Source: Picochlorum sp. SENEW3 | Lineage: Eukaryota | Assembly: GCA_034226945.1 (NCBI GenBank) | Contig: CP120459.1 | Span: forward strand, 496,001-560,000 | Direction of reading: 5' to 3' | Length of the DNA: 64,000 nucleotides | Shown: piece after piece, positions 23,137 to 34,028 of the stretch | Layout of the letters: each line of letters starts with the position of its first letter | Numbering within the stretch: the stretch's first letter is position 1 | The notes under the pieces: model-generated | The model's input: only the letters and a program-made list of their open reading frames with translations | Database searches by the model: none | What the model was told of the DNA's origin: nothing | Position numbers and translations under genes: made by a program

Positions 23137-25647
23137 TTAATCATCTTTACGTGACATATTTCCCATAGGGGTTGGACTTGTATCTATATCCATATCCTCA
23201 GCAATATGATCATCCTGCTGCATATTGATTCTGCGTCGAAGTCCATTGCCATCTCGAGTGTGATGTTCATGCTTGGGCCTCTCCTGTCTTGATTCTGTTG
23301 TTGGGCCAGGTGATTCTGCCATGTCCTCATGAGGGCCCTCCATCATCTTTTTTCCAGCCTCAATAACTCTATACACTACCTTTTGAACGGTTGGAACAAA
23401 CTTCACGGATAAGGCCATCACACCAGGCAAGAGCCCGTTCTGCATCTCACCTTCCACATCCAACTCCACATACACTGTTCTAGCAAACGCAAGAAGAATG
23501 AGGAGTGTGATCAGCCACAGAGGATTTCTAAGGACTGAAACAAGTTCATTGAAACCCAAAACAAACATGGCAAGGATTGCCCACACAGGTGGAACTTTAT
23601 TCCTCGCCAATCTATTAGCTTCCTGAGTTGCAACAGCCTGCTGAACAGAAAGTGCCACATCCGATGAAAACTGCCGCCAAGAGCTTCTCACCTGTGCAGG
23701 AGTCAGCAGCACATTGTCCGAATCTATATTTTGCCACGACGGAGCTGCGTGGATGTCAAAACCAGTAACTGAGCCCTTTGGATTTGGTTCATTCAAACTG
23801 TGGATGGCCTTTTCAATAACAGATGAGGCATCTGGATCTACATTGCACCCAATCACGGTAAATTGACTCAACAGATGCGCCGCGTCTTGTTTTGCTTCTT
23901 TTGCAATCTTTGAGATGTCCAAGCTAGGGGTCCACGTTCGTGGCATTCCCTCAGCATCTTTGTGGAAGGACTCTGAAAACTTGTCCTTCATTCTGGGCAG
24001 AATGGTGTTTGCTGCTTCTTTGGACAACTTCTTAACATTCATCCGGATTGAATCATCAAGTATGGCAAACATCTCTGCCTTTTCATCATCATGAACGCCA
24101 TACCCAGCCACTTTTGTCACCAAGGATGAGCACTCTTCTTCGCGGACATTGTCAATAATGCTCTCCATTCTGGTCCAAAGTTCTCTTGGAGCATTCTCCA
24201 GGAGTGGAGCAACCATACCGCAGAGCTTTTCCTCTGCATCTTCACAACAACTTTCAAGAGAACTCTTCAAATGAGCTGCTTTCAGGCTTTCCGCATGAGC
24301 CTGCAAATCTTGCTTCAGAGCCTCTCGTGCCGCAGCCTCAGTCTTCCATGCCGTTCCAGGCACCTTGAGTGCCCCCGCCATGGCATCAAAATCTTGCATT
24401 GCTTGTTCAAACGCCTTATCCGCTCGCTCACAAAACGTCTCACCTTGAGACAATCTCTGCATACGTTGCTTGTACGCATTCAACGACTTGGCACTTGCAA
24501 GTGCCAATTGGGTCTCAAACACTGGATGAACTTTACCATGAATATCCTCCAACAACACCTCTCGCCGCTCATGACTCACTTTTGAATCAAAATAATGCGC
24601 CTCTTCATCGTATCCACTCATCACAGCATCCACCAATGTCGCAACCTTCTCCCCAAAATCTGGAATGATACCTTTGCTGTATTCATCCAACAATGCTACC
24701 CACCTCGCATCACCCTCAAACGCATCCACTTGCTGCTGAGCAATCTCTTTACACCGTATCGTCGCCACCATCACACGATGCGCCGGCAAGTTCAAATCCT
24801 TGTTCTCTTTAATCACGTCCCACACCTTGACCATGCTCAATCCCAATGCCTGTCCAGGCAATTTGTCAGTGCTCATCCGCAGCAACGATTCATCATCCGC
24901 AGCATCGTGTGTAAATCGTCTCCGCAGAATCGTAGATTCTGCCATAAACTCTTCCAATCTATCCTCATAATTTGGCAACGCAGCGTACTGCAACTCGAAG
25001 AAATCCTGAAGAGACGAATTCTCATACTCGTCTGGCTTTGCCAGACCATCCCACATGACATTCAAGTCCGCCTCCCACGTCTCCTTCAACTTATCAAGAG
25101 GCGTTTTTGTTCGATCACGAAACACAAACATCAACACTGTACGCCTCGCCCCAGGACTAGGCTGAAACAGCTTCAAATTCACCTGAAATATTGTCTTCAA
25201 CAATGGCTTGCCTGCCCCAGTCTCTCGCCCCACATCCTTGGCCCACATATTCACCATCAGTATATCCGCCGTCGCCAACGCAAACAAAGCACTCTGTCTC
25301 TCAAACGATGTGTCATCTTCCCCTCTCTCCCGACCATCAGACCCCTCCAAATCCATCACAAGCGTCTTTGGACTGGACACTTTTGGAGACTTTGCCATCC
25401 AAATCCCATGGGTCGTTTGCTGCCGTCCTGACAGCGCATCCATCTCATCAAACGTTGTACCAAATAATGAATTCATCAGAGTACTCTTCCCAGAACTCTG
25501 AGGCCCCATGATGGAAACAACAGTATAATCAATCCCGGAATCCTCCACACCGGTATCCCTCACAAACGCCTGAACATCCTCCACATGGATGCATCCACTT
25601 CCATCCACAATCTGCAATGTCTTTGCATCAGCACTATGGTCCCCCAT
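23137..25647 (-). CDS. RHD3: RHD3/SEY1 ER-fusion GTPase
   Basis: GPQSSGKSTL, DLEGSDGRERGED and DLNLPAH; C-terminal TM hairpin LGFNE. Confidence 0.95.
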   Translation of the reverse strand: MGDHSADAKTLQIVDGSGCIHVEDVQAFVRDTGVEDSGIDYTVVSIMGPQSSGKSTLMNSLFGTTFDEMDALSGRQQTTHGIWMAKSPKVSSPKTLVMDLEGSDGRERGEDDTSFERQSALFALATADILMVNMWAKDVGRETGAGKPLLKTIFQVNLKLFQPSPGARRTVLMFVFRDRTKTPLDKLKETWEADLNVMWDGLAKPDEYENSSLQDFFELQYAALPNYEDRLEEFMAESTILRRRFTHDAADDESLLRMSTDKLPGQALGLSMVKVWDVIKENKDLNLPAHRVMVATIRCKEIAQQQVDAFEGDARWVALLDEYSKGIIPDFGEKVATLVDAVMSGYDEEAHYFDSKVSHERREVLLEDIHGKVHPVFETQLALASAKSLNAYKQRMQRLSQGETFCERADKAFEQAMQDFDAMAGALKVPGTAWKTEAAAREALKQDLQAHAESLKAAHLKSSLESCCEDAEEKLCGMVAPLLENAPRELWTRMESIIDNVREEECSSLVTKVAGYGVHDDEKAEMFAILDDSIRMNVKKLSKEAANTILPRMKDKFSESFHKDAEGMPRTWTPSLDISKIAKEAKQDAAHLLSQFTVIGCNVDPDASSVIEKAIHSLNEPNPKGSVTGFDIHAAPSWQNIDSDNVLLTPAQVRSSWRQFSSDVALSVQQAVATQEANRLARNKVPPVWAILAMFVLGFNELVSVLRNPLWLITLLILLAFARTVYVELDVEGEMQNGLLPGVMALSVKFVPTVQKVVYRVIEAGKKMMEGPHEDMAESPGPTTESRQERPKHEHHTRDGNGLRRRINMQQDDHIAEDMDIDTSPTPMGNMSRKDD

Positions 25648-26189
25648 ATTGGGACGTTCGTTGTCGATCAATCAATGTAAAAAAAATGAAAACAGCCAAC
25701 AACGACTCTTCTAATGTGTGCGACCCCAGAATGATACTAGGTTGATCTGAAAAGAAGAAGAATTGTTTTCCAGAACCCAACTTTTTATACAACACAGTCA
25801 TGCGGTGCATGAGAATAACCAGCAGCATTCTGCTACAGGTGTAATTCATGTTCCTAATGTTTTTATTAGAGTGAATTCAATTGCCAATATTGGCAATTCA
25901 TTCCTCCTCCTCTAGGATAGCACACAGATCTGAACTGTGTGTTTTAGAGCGCCGACTCATGCGTCAATCACATGACAGATGAAGCAATACTGCCTCGATG
26001 AATGAGTAATCATCATGGATACATGGATACATATGCCTAAATATAGGCCATCTAGTAGATGGCCAGATCTGGCATGCATATGCCGGAATTCTGATGTCAT
26101 ATCATGATGACAGCTGCCCAGTGAGAATTTATGTATTCAATAATCGTTATTATTTATATAAATCATTGACAGATATAAATTCCGTTGTC

Positions 26190-27996
26190 ATGTTGGTGCT
26201 TCAAGAGACACCGGCGGGATTCGCCTTGTTCCAGGTGGATGATGCAACAGTAAAGGCTGCGGAGGAGAAGGTTCGTGATTCTTTATGGCATCAGAATTTT
26301 ATTATTATTTGAACTGTTGTTGTTATGCTAGTAGTAGTAGTATCCCTGCTGCTGCTGATATCCAGCAAGGAAAGACATGCATGCCGACTCGATGATGCGA
26401 CGACGTGAAAGAGCCTGACGAATGACACTACATTGCAGGATGTGTGGGAAGATTTCGAAACCCTTGATCGTGCGAAAAAGGTGGCAAAGTTGAAGGCGTT
26501 TGGTAAATTTGACAATACGACGGAAGCTCTTCAGGCTGCAGCGTCCTTGGTGGACAGTAAATTGGGCAAGGGATTGAAGAAATTCCTGAAGAAGAATGTT
26601 GATGGTGAGACAGTTGGCGTTGTTGATGCAAAGCTTGGTAGTATTGTGAAGGAAAAGATGGGCATTCCGTGCATCTATAGCTCTGGTGTGTTGGAGCTGT
26701 CCAGAGGATTGAGGAACCAGTTGGAAGGTCTGTTGAGCGGGTTTGAGTCCGATCTGAAGCCAATGTCACTGGGGTTGTCTCACTCTCTTTCTCGATATAA
26801 GCTCAAGTTTTCGCCGGATAAAGTTGATACGATGATTGTGCAAGCTATTGGGTTGCTGGATGACTTGGATAAGGAGTTGAATACATATGCAATGAGAGTG
26901 AGAGAGTGGTATGGATGGCATTTCCCAGAAATGACGAAAATTATTAATGACAATATCAAATATGCAAAGGCAGCAAAGTTGATGGGGACGAGGGAAAAGG
27001 CTGCAGAGATTGATTTCTCTGAATTCCTGGAGGAGGAGGAAGAGAGTGCCATGAAGGAGGCTGCCATTGTGTCCATGGGTACTGAAATCTCAGAAGAAGA
27101 TGTACTCAATATTGCAGCGTTGTGTGACCAAGTTGTCAGCCTGTCCGAGTACAGAGGTCAGCTGTTTGATTATCTGAGATCGCGAATGGCTGCTATAGCT
27201 CCAAATTTGACAGTCCTGGTTGGGGAACTGGTTGGTGCACGATTGATTGCGCATGTTGGGTCTCTTGTGAATTTGGCGAAAGCTCCAGCTTCTACTATCC
27301 AGATTCTGGGAGCAGAGAAGGCTCTTTTCCGTGCGTTGAAGACAAAGCATGAGACGCCAAAGTATGGGCTGATTTACCATGCGTCGTTAATCGGTCAGGC
27401 GTCCACAAAGAACAAGGGAAAGATCAGCAGAGTATTGGCTGCAAAATGTGCTCTTGGCGTGCGTGTGGATGCTCTTGGAGACACGAATGATGAAGGTGCT
27501 TTAGGATTAGAGGCTCGTGCAAGGGTACGTGTGTATTCTGTTGTTGTACTTGTGTTGCCCTTCTGTATGGCAGAACCCGGGTCTCTTTTTGTGGACCTCT
27601 GTAGGTTTTTTACAAGGGCAATATGGAGTAATATCAACTCCGGGGACGGGTAGAGACAACCATGCACTGCATCCCTCGAATTGATAGTGACATACTACTA
27701 CTGTATATGACGTACAGGTTGAGGCACGTTTGAGACAGTTGGAGGGTAAATCTGATGAAGGTGATGTCAGAACGAAAGGACTTCCGACACCAGCCAAATA
27801 TAATGCACAGGAGACACAAGATGATGCCATGCTTACGACACCAAAGACATATAATGCGGATGCTGACGCTGTTGATACTGGAAGCAAGAAGAAGAAGAAG
27901 GACAAGAAGCGCAAAGCTGAAGATACCCCAGCCTCTGACAAGAAGAGCAAGAAGGAGAAGAAAGAGAAGAAGGATAAAAAGAAGAGTAAAAAATAG
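26190..27996 (+). CDS. NOP58: Nucleolar protein 58 (3 exons; introns 26271-26438 and 27526-27717)
   Basis: MLVLQETPAGFALF, YKLKFSPDKVDTMIVQAI, ILGAEKALFRALK and a KKE/D tail. Confidence 0.95.
27551..27695 (+). ncRNA. Candidate intronic H/ACA-type snoRNA
   Basis: Two hairpins (ttgccctt/aagggcaa and tatcaa/ttgata); ACA at 27690, 14 nt from the 3' pocket; pocket strands ctccgg/tcgaa. The H box is non-canonical. Confidence 0.65.
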
Positions 27997-28197
27997 ACAG
28001 ACAATCTCGTTCTTTCGTCTCTGCGTTTCTACCATTGTACCATTTTCTCGTATTATTGTAATATCCTCGAAAATACAATCTACTTGTATTATTACATTAC
28101 TATAATATAATAATGCTAGAAGAATTGTCCAGGACAGTGCAGGTACTGCAATGTCTCCGAAACTATTCCTTATAGATAATAATCTTCATGATGGCGT

Positions 28198-28743
<546 letters not shown>

Positions 28744-29134
28744 TCACTACTGGTGCGTGAAAATACGGGGCGATAGAGGACCACGGCATAGTCGACTTTT
28801 GACTCGAAAAAACAAATCAGCCACCACCATCACCACCAGCATTGCCATCGCAACACCAACAGCGGTACCATTTATATCACTTTCTGATTAAGTATCTATA
28901 TGCGTCGCTGTTGCTCGACGACGGACGCTGCCTGGGTGCTAGTAGTGTGGCCGCCGTCGGCAGTCGACAGTCTCTCGCTCCTCAAAGCCCCAATCACCCC
29001 ATCATCTCGATGTCATGCCCATGACAACACATACCTGTATCTATTTAGTAAATTATACTGGTAACCAGGTCGTAAGAGCGAGCATTCTTCCTACTGTCGA
29101 GGGTGGGCGTAGGATCACAGAATTGTAATGATAC

Positions 29135-29161
29135 TCCTATCAAAAGGCTCTTTTGATAGGA
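29135..29161. promoter_or_regulatory. Palindrome TCCTATCAAA-N7-TTTGATAGGA
   Basis: Perfect inverted repeat between the divergent RPL40 and Q-rich genes; a near copy lies at 32426-32452. Confidence 0.55.
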
Positions 29162-29605
29162 AGGTAAATATCACCCTTCTCACGTGTGTCAGAAAATCCA
29201 CGTGAGACAAAGATTTCGGGAAACATTCTATTGTGCTCATGATGGTCTTGGAATGGCGATACATTGGCTATTTTATAATTTTATTGTGGACATGCAAGCA
29301 ACAGTTGGGGCTGCAGTGTCGAATTTGGCGTGTACGCTTTATCCCTGCTTGAACAGATTAGTTCGAGCTTCTCTGCCGTGTAACAAGCATTTGAATCCCT
29401 CTTAATGACTACAGAATATTATTATAGAGGATAGAGACGGATGAATTGTAGAGGAATGGTGCCAAAGGCTGTTTGAATTACATTTTCGTGAATTGGTGCG
29501 TTGGCTTGGAGATGTGTGACATGAAGGTTTGACTGGATAATGTACTCATTCCGCGCATGGTTCAGGTCTCTAAATATTTTTGGGTGGCTTTTGCGTGTTG
29601 TTCCG

Positions 29606-31753
29606 ATGGAAGAAGAGCAACAGCAACAGCAACAGCATGGTAATACCTTTCTGGATTCGTTCCTCCAGGATGGGCTGGACTTTGATGCAGGCCGTGGTGA
29701 TATGAATCTCCACCATGTATTGGACTTGGATATACCATATGATGCCTTGCATACTGAGCATGGCTCTGCCAAGGGGAATATTGGAGAGGAACACGCCCAG
29801 GCACCTGGTAGTACTCCGAATGGGGCTGGTGTGCGGGACATCCAGGAGAAAGATTTGTCCGGGTATAACGGTTCTGCTGGTCGCATCGATATCAAACATG
29901 TGGCTGGAGAAGCTGTTGAGGGTTCTGAAGTAAATTCTGGAAATATTGGGACGGAGACTGGTAGTTCAGGGAAGCCTGGAAGACAGGCAAAGAGGCAACG
30001 GTCCGCAGGAATAGGAGATACAAAGAAGGCGGGTCAGCAGATGAGGGGGCGGTTCAGCGGAAGATTACCAACGAAAGAAGATGAGAAGCGTTTAGCGGAC
30101 GAATGCCAGCTGTTGGCACCGTATTTGAGTGAGGATGGGTCGTTGTGTACCTTGGCAACGATAATACGAGCCATGGCAGCAGGCAGCGTCAGAACGCATT
30201 TAGAAAAAGTAGCGAAAAGGAATGATGACATGATGATGAAGTTGAATCTTATTCAGTCTCAACCAGGTGGAGTCAATGTGAATACACTTGCAGACAGCGT
30301 CGTGAGTCTTCAGAACGACTTGGCACAGGCTAGGGCTTATGTAAGGACGCTAGAAGCCAAACTAGGATATCATGAGGGGATGGAGCATGGAAGGCAGCAA
30401 GCAAGCCCATGGGTCGCAAAACATTCCTCTGGAGCTGTGCGATCTAATCCTGTCGAAGATGTACTCCGAACATTACCTCAGACTGGAGCAGAAGTCCCAA
30501 TGCCGATGCATAAATCGGCTTCTGTTGGAGTTCTCACATCACAAGGGGCTGCTCTGTTACCACAGCAAGCCACAATACAAGTGCCCCTGGTATCTTCATC
30601 TGGAGTTGTTCCTGGTGTTGCACCAGCTGTTGCAATGCAATCAAGCCATTCAATGGGGGATTTGAACAGTATCAAGGTGTATCATCCTCAGCAACAAGAG
30701 CAACCCATGCAACCTGTGATGCACGGGAGCCGATCAGCGGTTAATCTTCAAGACCAGTCTGCATTTGCTTCTCAATCGCATGGGCTAGGGGCGCAAGATC
30801 AAAGAACGAGTGTAAGTAATGAGATGACGGTAGGGTCAGTGGACGCTGCAAGTGGAGAAAAAGTGCCAAATGCGAATGATTTTGTCAGAGCTGCATCCTT
30901 ACATGGAGCAGCAAAGGCAGAAGCTGCATCACAAGCTCAACAGTTGGCAGAGGAAGCCCAGAAGCATGCAAAAGCATCAGTGAGAGCTGCACAACAGGCA
31001 GAAGAATTAAAAAGAACGTTATCAGAGCTTCCAGAGTCAGAAAAAGCAAGCGATCAGGCGCAGAATGCTTCAGCTACTGTATCCTCCCTTGAGGCAAGAG
31101 CCAAAGCTCATGCATCAATAACCACTCAAGTTATCGCAAAGGCAAGAAATTTACACGGAGTCGCGCAAAGCCATGAGAATGAAGAGATGAAGGCAATTGA
31201 CCAGGCGGCACGGCTGCAGGCCCAGGCAAGTTCCTTGCACCAAGGCTCTATTGATATCTCTGCATCGATGGGAATGGAGAGAGGGAATGACTATTCACAG
31301 CAGGTTAGATTCACAAATACAGCTGGCCCAACAGTCGCCACCCCTACTCTCTTGGGAGCAGGGCAGCAGATGCAGGCTCCCTTTGGAAAAGTTGATGTTG
31401 TTGATGACACAGTCACCAATGCTTCTGATGGGCTCCCGAACACTGCTTTACATCTCGGCAATACTGCCGCGGTTTCGTTATCAGAACAGCAACAGCAGCA
31501 TGTTGCTTTGGCACAGATAATTCTTCAACAGAAACAAGCGCAGATGCTGAATCCATCCCATATTATGTACACCAATGCACAGGATCCATCTGCAGATGCA
31601 GCAGCATTGCAGCAGCAAATCGCAGCCCTGCATGCACAGCAACCAGCATCTCTTGTCTCTGCTCCGCCAATTCAAATCCAAGATCATGAGGAGATTGATA
31701 CGAAAGATTTAAGGACACAAGGGAATGACGCCAATATGGAGAATGGCACATAA
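29606..31753 (+). CDS. Gln/Ala-rich protein of unknown function, regulator-like
   Basis: ~715-codon ORF with an acidic-hydrophobic N-terminus, a basic patch, a helical core, coiled coils and polyQ tracts. Confidence 0.75.
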   Translation: MEEEQQQQQQHGNTFLDSFLQDGLDFDAGRGDMNLHHVLDLDIPYDALHTEHGSAKGNIGEEHAQAPGSTPNGAGVRDIQEKDLSGYNGSAGRIDIKHVAGEAVEGSEVNSGNIGTETGSSGKPGRQAKRQRSAGIGDTKKAGQQMRGRFSGRLPTKEDEKRLADECQLLAPYLSEDGSLCTLATIIRAMAAGSVRTHLEKVAKRNDDMMMKLNLIQSQPGGVNVNTLADSVVSLQNDLAQARAYVRTLEAKLGYHEGMEHGRQQASPWVAKHSSGAVRSNPVEDVLRTLPQTGAEVPMPMHKSASVGVLTSQGAALLPQQATIQVPLVSSSGVVPGVAPAVAMQSSHSMGDLNSIKVYHPQQQEQPMQPVMHGSRSAVNLQDQSAFASQSHGLGAQDQRTSVSNEMTVGSVDAASGEKVPNANDFVRAASLHGAAKAEAASQAQQLAEEAQKHAKASVRAAQQAEELKRTLSELPESEKASDQAQNASATVSSLEARAKAHASITTQVIAKARNLHGVAQSHENEEMKAIDQAARLQAQASSLHQGSIDISASMGMERGNDYSQQVRFTNTAGPTVATPTLLGAGQQMQAPFGKVDVVDDTVTNASDGLPNTALHLGNTAAVSLSEQQQQHVALAQIILQQKQAQMLNPSHIMYTNAQDPSADAAALQQQIAALHAQQPASLVSAPPIQIQDHEEIDTKDLRTQGNDANMENGT

Positions 31754-31871
31754 CAAACAAAGACATTTTTTCCATTTGTTGTAGTTTTTGAGAATAGCTG
31801 AGTCGTATCGGATCTATGTAATCAAGAACAACTGTTTTGTCGTTGTGCAACGTCGCTGTTGTAAATTCACG

Positions 31872-32018
31872 GTGGTGCCTCACAAGCTTGTGCGTCTACC
31901 CGAGTGGGTTGCCATGCCAGGTGCCAGCAAGGCAATCTTTCAAGATCTCTAGCAGCCCCCACATTGAGGCGCCATGACACCTTCATTATGGAGGCCGTCC
32001 CTACAGATGCGGGTAGAT
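31872..32018 (+). ncRNA. Candidate pseudoknotted RNA element of unknown family
   Basis: Stem 31872-31882/31965-31975 crossed by 31894-31902/32010-32018; the G-U wobbles favour the + strand. Confidence 0.4.
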
Positions 32019-32335
32019 TTAACTTTGTGTAAAACATTATATGCAGCTTCTAAGGAAGCACGTAGTCTCGAATCGACCGTGTGTGTCACTGAGCCGCGAA
32101 AACTCAGAAACTGGATTGGCCAGTCGTGACGCTCTAGCTCGACCAGAACGCCGTGGTTTGTGATACAATATATATAATATCTTAATATAAGCCATAAATA
32201 TCGTTAATAGTGCTTCTCCGGGCTCAAGGGAGAAGATACGTTCATATAGTAGACTTGGACATCGTCGTCCTGTTCCTTGCCTTTGCGACAGCAGTGGGCG
32301 ATTCGTGTGAATAGGGTATCAAGGAATACTCGATA

Positions 32336-34028
32336 ATGCCGAAGCCGGAGTCCGAAAAGATTCCCGTCACCCTGGTACGTGTTTTGGCAAACACTTGGAC
32401 AGTGTCACAGATGGTTTGAAAAATTCCCCATCAAAGTACACCTTTGATGGGAGAGGATGCTATCTGCTGGCGTCCGAGCATGCTCGTTGTGGGGCTGGGA
32501 CGATTCCGTCAATCAAGAATGTTGCTGATACTATTCTTCTTTATCGACTGTGTAGGTGACGGGATTTTTGGGTAGTGGAAAGACGACCCTGTTGAATCAC
32601 ATGTTAAAAATGAGGGGAGATAAGAGAGTAGCTGTAATAGAGAATGAAGTGGGAGAGATCAACATTGATAATTCATTGGTGGTGGAGAACCTCTTGTCGA
32701 AAGAGGATCTCGTCTCCATGGATAAGGGCTGTGTGTGCTGCAGTCTTAGGAGTGATATTGTTAAAGCTTTGAAAGAGTTGCAGGGTAGAAGTGAAAAGAA
32801 GGGTTGTGCATATGATGCAATTCTTCTGGAGACGACAGGGTTGGCAGATCCTGCACCAGTAGCCTTCACTTTCTTTTCGAACCAATGGATATCAAGTAAC
32901 TTTCGATTGGATTCGATCGTTTGTCTCGTGGATGCTCAGCATGTCAATAGACACTTGGAGGATGCCTCATCTGGAGATTTGAATGAAGCAGTCAATCAGA
33001 TTGCATTTGCCGATGTGGTATTGTTGAATAAGATTGATCTCGTGACGAGAGACGAGCTGGAGAAAGCGCGTGACCTCGTACGATCAATCAACGTGACAGC
33101 TGACCTCATTGAGGTGAAGTTGGACCCTCAAGTGGCAAATGATGGATCTAATGCTGAGAATAGGCAGGAAAATGATGGTGATCCAACAGACAGAATGGAA
33201 GGAGAAGAATTGACCTGGGACAGGATAGTAGGAATCAACTCATTTTCGATTGAAAGAGCACTCAAAGTGGACCCAAGCTTCATGGACTCTGACTCGGAGG
33301 AGGAAGAGGAGGAAGGCCGTAAAACAAAGAGACACAAGTCAAAGAAGCAGCCGGCAGAGGCGGAGAAAATCAGCCCTCGTGAGCTGGTGTTGAATAGAAA
33401 TGTTCATTGTGGAAAACACAGAGGCCCATGCAGTGAGACATGTGATGATCCCGAACTAGACGCTCTATTGGCACATCAAAAAGCAGTGGAGTTGCAGGAA
33501 CAACGCGAAAGAATGCCCAAAAGACGTAGGAAGAAATTACATGATCTTTCAGGAGTAGGATCAGTCGGTATATCTGCGAGAGGACCGTTAGATCAGTACA
33601 GATTTAATGCCTTTATGCGAGATCTGCTGTCTGAGAAGGCCAGAGACATTTTCAGGTCAAAGGGGTCTCTGTGTATCAAGGGACAACCAAAGACAAAGTT
33701 TGTGTTCCAAGGTGTTCATGAAACCATTTGTTTTGGCCCCTCCACGAGTGGATGGGGTGAAGGAGAAGAGCCTATCAATCAGGTTGTCTTCATTGGAAGA
33801 AATCTGGATAGAAAGGCCCTCACAGAAGGTTTTAGATCTTGTGTGTGGGTACCCCTTCCAGAAGGTTGGGAAGAATGTTATGACAAACGTGTTGGGCGTC
33901 CCTTTTATTTCCATAGGAGTACAGGGAAGAAACAATGGGATAGACCCTCGTTTGCAAGCGCGTTGGTACGATCAACAGAAAGCAGTCATAAACAGCCGCG
34001 CTCGTTACAACCCAAAACTGTTGCTTGA
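32336..34028 (+). CDS. CobW/COG0523 metal-binding GTPase with a C-terminal WW domain (intron 32375-32555)
   Basis: KIPVTL|VTGFLGSGKT, GCVCC, ETTGLADP, NKID, CobW_C (RSKG...FQGVH), NLS-like KRRRKK and WW (LPEGWEE...FYFH...QWDRP). Confidence 0.92.
32426..32452. promoter_or_regulatory. Palindrome CCCCATCAAA-N7-TTTGATGGGA in intron 1 of the CobW-WW gene
   Basis: Same arms and same 7-nt spacing as 29135-29161. Confidence 0.55.

Noticed and set aside
24595..25431. Long antisense ORFs (also 45550-46302, 56551-57237, 44323-44928)
   Set aside because: They are shadows of well-supported genes on the opposite strand with no recognisable domains.
29143..29160. ggctctttt resembling the histone stem-loop
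   Set aside because: The GAGCC 3' arm is missing and there is no histone gene nearby.
31872..32555. Cobalamin or TPP riboswitch near CobW
   Set aside because: No B12-box or TPP core consensus is visible on either strand.
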